This document shows positions 57,089-61,456 of a stretch of 61,456 nucleotides of DNA, piece by piece. A model generated the notes under the pieces. That model was not told where the DNA came from. It did not search any database and was given only the letters and a program-made list of their open reading frames with translations. Made by a program: the position numbers and the translations under genes. The stretch is from the NCBI GenBank assembly GCA_021831595.1, contig JAKBMK010000022.1, positions 1-61,456 on the forward strand, written 5' to 3'. Each line of letters starts with the position of its first letter. The stretch's first letter is position 1. Source of the DNA: a bacterium. GTDB lineage: Bacteria > Patescibacteriota > Minisyncoccia > Phycocordibacterales > UBA9973.

Positions 57089-58978
57089 TTATTTAATTTC
57101 CTCTTTACGTTTGGGCACGATTCCATTCGCTGTTATTAGCTCGTTGTATTCAGCTTGTTCTAGGGTTTCTACTTCGATAAGCTTTTTCGCAATAGCATCC
57201 AAGACTTTTCTCTTTTCAGTGAGAACTTCTTTAGCTACTTTAAATGCATTGTTCATGATCTTTGAGACTTCCCCATCAATAAGGGCGCTTACTCTCTCTG
57301 AATATTCTTTGTCATTCACACCCTGACCAAACATTGTTCTGCCTCCATCACTCTCAAGTGCTATTGGCCCTATCTCATCACTCATACCCCAGCGTGTGAC
57401 CATCGCACGAGCGAGACTTGTTGCAACTTGTAAGTCATTCGATGGTCCTGTCGTAATATCTCCAAAGACCATTTCTTCTGCTACATAACCACCAAGAGAC
57501 ATTGCGATGTCATCGAGGAACTCTTTTTTGCTCTGTAGTCTCTTCTCTTCAAGTGGAAGCTTGAGAGTATAACCTCCAGCGTGTCCACGAGAAACGATAG
57601 AAACTTTGTGCACTGGATCGGCATAAGGGAGCATTGAGGCGATAAGTGCGTGGCCAGCTTCATGATAAGCCGTAATCTCTTTTTCTTGTTTTGAAAGTAA
57701 GTGACTCTTTCTCTCGGGACCCATCATAACTTTTTCAATAGAGCGAATAAGGTCGAACTGAGCAACTTTCTTCCTATCTTCTCTTGCGGCAAGAATTGCT
57801 CCTTCGTTCATAAGTGAGAAGAGATCGGCACCAGAAAATCCTGGTGTACGTTCAGCGATAACTTTCAAATTCACATCTTCAGCAAACGGTTTCTTACGAG
57901 CATGAATAGAGAGAATGTCCTCTCTGTCAGAACGATCAGGCAAGTCGAGAAGGACTCTTCTGTCGAATCTTCCAGGACGAAGTAGAGCTGGGTCTAGAAC
58001 ATCCCCCCTGTTGGTTGCAGCCATAACTATCACCTTTTCATTTGGCTCAAATCCATCCATCTCCACAAGTATTTGGTTTAATGTCTGCTCGCGTTCATCA
58101 TTTCCACCTCCAACTCCTGTACCACGCACACGTCCGACGGCATCGATCTCGTCGATAAATACTATCGATGGAGCAGCACGTTTTGCCATTTTAAATAAAT
58201 CTCGCACACGAGAGGCTCCTACTCCTACGAACATTTCAACGAACTCAGAACCGGAAAGGTGGAAGAACGGCACAGCCGCCTCTCCTGCGACGGCTCTGGC
58301 AAGCAAAGTCTTCCCTGTCCCTGGTGCACCAGTAAGAAGAACTCCTTTTGGAATTCTTGCTCCTATATCTAAAAACTTTTTAGGATTCTTTAGGAAGTCT
58401 ACAATTTCTTTCAATTCTTCCTTGGCTTCTTTTGCTCCAGCAACATCTTTAAAAGTAACTTTATTGTTTATATCATTTGGATCTGTGATACGAGCCTTCG
58501 ACTGACCGAAGGTAAATGCCTGCATCCCCTGACCTTTGACCTGACGAGTAAGCATCCATATGAAGAAGACAACCATAAGAACTGGAAGGATGAAAGGAAG
58601 CAAATTTAGAACTGTATACCAGAATCCAGATTCTGTCTTTATCTCTATCGGAGTAGCAGTGAGCTTCTCAGGAGTAACTCCATAGTTATACAAAGTTTCA
58701 GTTAAGGAACTTTCTAATTCTTTCTTGGCTGTGCCCTTTGTTTTATCTTTAAAAGTTATATTTATATCCTCTCCTGAGACAACAATTTTCTCTATTGAAC
58801 CATCTACTACACTTTTTGCCACATCAGAAATTGCCATCTTTTTTATATCCTCAGGCTTTTTAGCTACAAGCGTATAAATAAGAGTAATACTTATGAATAT
58901 AAATATTGTAATAATAATTTGATTCGCAATATTAGGTATTTTGGGCTCTTTAGGTTTGTTTTTTATGTTTGGTTTCAT
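57089..58978 (-). CDS. ftsH: ATP-dependent zinc metalloprotease FtsH
   Basis: 629 aa. [17 protein letters not shown], second region of homology, and HEAGHAL. Confidence 0.97.
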   Translation of the reverse strand: MKPNIKNKPKEPKIPNIANQIIITIFIFISITLIYTLVAKKPEDIKKMAISDVAKSVVDGSIEKIVVSGEDINITFKDKTKGTAKKELESSLTETLYNYGVTPEKLTATPIEIKTESGFWYTVLNLLPFILPVLMVVFFIWMLTRQVKGQGMQAFTFGQSKARITDPNDINNKVTFKDVAGAKEAKEELKEIVDFLKNPKKFLDIGARIPKGVLLTGAPGTGKTLLARAVAGEAAVPFFHLSGSEFVEMFVGVGASRVRDLFKMAKRAAPSIVFIDEIDAVGRVRGTGVGGGNDEREQTLNQILVEMDGFEPNEKVIVMAATNRGDVLDPALLRPGRFDRRVLLDLPDRSDREDILSIHARKKPFAEDVNLKVIAERTPGFSGADLFSLMNEGAILAAREDRKKVAQFDLIRSIEKVMMGPERKSHLLSKQEKEITAYHEAGHALIASMLPYADPVHKVSIVSRGHAGGYTLKLPLEEKRLQSKKEFLDDIAMSLGGYVAEEMVFGDITTGPSNDLQVATSLARAMVTRWGMSDEIGPIALESDGGRTMFGQGVNDKEYSERVSALIDGEVSKIMNNAFKVAKEVLTEKRKVLDAIAKKLIEVETLEQAEYNELITANGIVPKRKEEIK

Positions 58979-59007
58979 AGTTCATACATTATACACAAAT
59001 TTGGCAC

Positions 59008-59044
59008 AAAAAAAATGCCGGATCCTGTATGAAGACCCGGCATT
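59008..59044 (-). terminator. orphan minus-strand terminator just upstream of the ftsH promoter
   Basis: AATGCCGG / CCGGCATT 8-bp stem with a 15-nt loop, followed on the minus strand by T8. Confidence 0.5.
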
Positions 59045-59211
59045 ACCTAACCTAAACCTAACCTAAATACTAATTATAAGGGTGACTACGATGTGCCTTT
59101 GGGAGGCAGGAACTCATAACCCCTGTAAAGAACGTGACTTATACAATAGCAAATTTAAATAAATTTTACAAATTTTGATATTATTCCATATAACTGATAA
59201 CATAAGAGAGT

Positions 59212-59661
59212 ATGGCAACATATATAGACAATAGAAAAGCACACTTTAATTATACCGTTGATGAAACTTTCGAAGCTGGAATAGAACTTCATGGTTTTGA
59301 AGTTAAATCAATCAAGAAAGGACAAGGTAGCATCACATCTTCTTTCTGTATAGTGCGTGGTGGAGAAGCATATATAGTAGGTATGCATATTCCTCCGTAT
59401 CAAATAAATAATACAGATCCTGGCTATGATCCGGACAGGACACGCAAACTTCTTCTTTCTAAAAAAGAGATCAAAAAATTGGCAGACAAGGATTCAATGA
59501 AAGGATTGACTCTAATTCCCCTTTCATTGTATAGTAAAGGTCCCTACATAAAGGTAGAGATAGCTGTTGCTCGTGGAAAGAAAGTTTTCGACAAAAGAGA
59601 AACAATCAAGAAACGAGAGGCAGATATAGAGATGAGTAGAGAGTATAAAACAGTTCGTTAA
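59212..59661 (+). CDS. smpB: SsrA-binding protein SmpB
   Basis: 149 aa. NRKAHFNY...EAGIEL.G.EVKS...R.RKLLL pattern. Confidence 0.95.
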   Translation: MATYIDNRKAHFNYTVDETFEAGIELHGFEVKSIKKGQGSITSSFCIVRGGEAYIVGMHIPPYQINNTDPGYDPDRTRKLLLSKKEIKKLADKDSMKGLTLIPLSLYSKGPYIKVEIAVARGKKVFDKRETIKKREADIEMSREYKTVR

Positions 59662-59666
59662 CAAAT

Positions 59667-60057
59667 GGGGATGATCGGCTTCGATGAAGTGAATCATCTT
59701 ATATATGCATGTAGAGTACGGAGGTATCTCTTAAAACTTCTTCCAAAAGACTAAGTGCAAACAAAGTCGCTTCAGTAAAATCACCTTACGCTTTTGCGTT
59801 TTCTGGTTTTGCTCCTGCTTTCGCCTAATTTAGGCCAGAGCAGTGTCTACTCTCTCGACATCCGATGAAGAGAGTGGGCATAATTTATCGGGTTACGATT
59901 TTAGAACAGCTTGCTCTAAAATCCGACAATTTAAAGCTCGTTATTTATCTTTCTTATATATTCTCTAGGATAAATAGTTAAAACCCATGAATATATTAAA
60001 CATGTAGATTTCTATAAGATTTCTCTCCACACGCGGGTTCGATTCCCGCCATCTCCA
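59667..60057 (+). ncRNA. ssrA: tmRNA (ssrA)
   Basis: The 5' end GGGGATGATCGGCTTCGA pairs with the 3' end CATCTCC-A, including G3:U70. T-arm GCGGG-TTCGATT-CCCGC. Tag frame GCA AAC AAA ... GCT TTC GCC TAA at 59757-59828. Lies directly after smpB. Confidence 0.9.
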
Positions 60058-61456
60058 CATAAAGGTACTTCTTCGGCAAAATGCGCCGCGCGCTCGCGCG
60101 CGGTGATGTCGTGGGGGCAGACGGTTTCCGAATTGGGCTTTTGAGTTAATGCGAATTCGGTGGGTGGGCAAAATGAGATAGATACGGATTTGTCACGCAA
60201 TTGTTGGTTCGTTCCAGTTTTTTTGAAATAGTCACGAATTTCAAAAAAATTGTCACAAGAAACCAATTGCGTGGCTTTTTTTATATCTAAAATCCATCCC
60301 CGCAATGGTTCGACCCAATTATTTCTCTCTGCTCGGGCGAAGTCAATTTTCCTAGCGAGAGACACCTTTTCTTTCAATAATTCGTTTTTCTTCGTTAAGT
60401 AATTTTCTTTCGGAATGTCGCCGTCTAAATAAAGAGTAACTAGATCGTCTAATTTTTTCTGCGTCTCTCGCTCATTATCTTTAATCCGCCCGAGCAGACT
60501 TCCCGACGATACTTTTATTTCGTTATTCCATTCGTCCGTTTTTCGTAACATATAGTCCGTCCAATCGTCGGGAAGCGAAATTTTTTGAAGCTGTTCTTTT
60601 AATTGAAGAACGAGCAAATCTTCTCGCAAATACGATTGAGAACATTTTCCTTTTTTCTTCGTACAACGATAATAACGATAACGACCGCCGTTACCTTTCG
60701 CCCATTGAGCAGTAATCATACTTCCGCATTCGCCACAACGAAGAAGTCCCGAAAAAGGAAAATTGTGTCCAACCTTTGTTTTGCGTGGTTTCGCTCGTTC
60801 TTTCAATCGCTTCTGCACAGCTTCAAATAAATCTGGGGAAATAATTGGCGTAAAGCTTCCAGTAAAATATTCATCGTAATGTTTGGTAAGTCCGAGATAT
60901 GATTTATTCGTCAACATTCGATACATGGAAGCATTGCCAAGTGGCGTTCCGGACTTCGTAACTATGCCGTGATCAGCAAAAAACTCCGCCAATGATTTAA
61001 AGCCGTGACGACCGGTAGCAAATTCTTCAAAAGCACGAACAATAATTTTTGCTCGCACATCGTCAGGTTCGATATTCCTCGTTTTCGAATTATTCACATA
61101 ACCAAAAGGTGCTTTTGCAAGCCACTCACCACGGCGGAGTTTTTGGCGAATACCACGATCAATATTCTGTTTAAGATTATCAGAATAATACTTACTTTGT
61201 CCGAACGCCACTTGAAGCATAAAGAGGCCTTGCGGGGTGGGTTCAAACCAAAATGTCGGAAAGCGTAAAGAAACCAGTTTTGTCGTGTCCACAGCGTAAA
61301 TGATGCGTCCTCCGTCGATACTATTGCGCGCTAAACGGTCGGGATGCCACGCGAGGATACCAACACCGTCTAAACTTTCAATCTTACTCATCATTTCGCT
61401 GAATTTCTCACGACCTGGTTTCTTTGCACTTTTCGACTCTTGAAATTCCTCAAGAA
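60012..61456 (-). CDS. large serine recombinase (N-terminus beyond window; C-terminus overlaps the tmRNA 3' end)
   Basis: ILAWHPDRLARN, GEWLAKAPFGY and CGECGSMI...YYRC zinc ribbon. The frame stays open upstream of the annotated Met to the window edge (LEEFQESKSAKKPGREKFSEMMSK). Confidence 0.85.
   Translation of the reverse strand, partial: LEEFQESKSAKKPGREKFSEMMSKIESLDGVGILAWHPDRLARNSIDGGRIIYAVDTTKLVSLRFPTFWFEPTPQGLFMLQVAFGQSKYYSDNLKQNIDRGIRQKLRRGEWLAKAPFGYVNNSKTRNIEPDDVRAKIIVRAFEEFATGRHGFKSLAEFFADHGIVTKSGTPLGNASMYRMLTNKSYLGLTKHYDEYFTGSFTPIISPDLFEAVQKRLKERAKPRKTKVGHNFPFSGLLRCGECGSMITAQWAKGNGGRYRYYRCTKKKGKCSQSYLREDLLVLQLKEQLQKISLPDDWTDYMLRKTDEWNNEIKVSSGSLLGRIKDNERETQKKLDDLVTLYLDGDIPKENYLTKKNELLKEKVSLARKIDFARAERNNWVEPLRGWILDIKKATQLVSCDNFFEIRDYFKKTGTNQQLRDKSVSISFCPPTEFALTQKPNSETVCPHDITARERAAHFAEEVPLCGDGGNRTRVWREIL
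60058..61456. mobile_element. start of a second integrated element at the ssrA 3' end (rest beyond window)
   Basis: The recombinase gene abuts and overlaps ssrA. G+C jumps sharply: my hand count is 39/60 at 60061-60120 versus 11/60 at 59941-60000. Confidence 0.55.

Noticed and set aside
59045-59067. CCTAA/CCTAAA tandem repeats as telomere-like or CRISPR-like sequence.
   Set aside because: There are only four short units, located internally in a bacterial intergenic region, with no spacers or a cas context.
60012-60057. Treating the last ~15 residues (or more) of the second recombinase (...GDGGNRTRVWREIL) as a functional domain.
   Set aside because: This part is simply the reverse translation of the tmRNA T-arm and acceptor. 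The overlap is informative for integration but probably not for protein function.

Overview
AT-rich bacterial chromosome segment. All coordinates for hairpins, repeats and RNA ends were derived by hand and may be off by 1-2 nt.

The gene content and style are most consistent with a small-genome CPR/Patescibacteria-like organism; this is inference. The style includes a pilM-N-O/pilB/pilT/pilC pilus operon, comF, very short intergenic regions, and many TATAAT-N6-ATG leaderless-looking starts. TGA acts as a stop codon, so the standard code applies.

Housekeeping genes:
- type IV pilus operon (1-7505, minus strand), comF, enolase, two mscL paralogs
- marR / HlyD x2 / MFS efflux locus, a cytoplasmic histidine kinase with a receiver protein
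- recG, ftsH, smpB, tmRNA and three tRNAs

Main structural result: about 32 kb (15388-47354) is bracketed by an exact 16-nt direct repeat of the 3' end of a tRNA-Ser. It looks like a composite integrated island with three parts:
- (a) A phage/plasmid-like module (15.7-24.5 kb). It holds a tightly packed five-gene operon led by a ParB-domain DNA methyltransferase and a second methyltransferase. It also holds a structured non-coding region of about 155 nt and a roughly 817-aa protein with a Zn ribbon and a PD-(D/E)xK-like tail. This is my best candidate for an undescribed defence or mobility system.
- (b) A large serine recombinase (24607-25938).
- (c) A metal/thiol-homeostasis supercluster of about 21 kb. 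It contains arsR-arsD-arsA without arsB/acr3/arsC, a frameshifted cation-efflux-like gene, and two P1B ATPases. It also has three DsbA-like proteins, CcdA, a cysteine desulfurase, a transglutaminase-like protein, a CsoR-like repressor and a CsoR-type operator in a divergent promoter.

A second element appears to start exactly at the tmRNA 3' end (about 60.06 kb). It shows an abrupt GC rise, and a second serine recombinase ORF there overlaps ssrA.

No CRISPR array, rRNA gene or IS transposase was seen.
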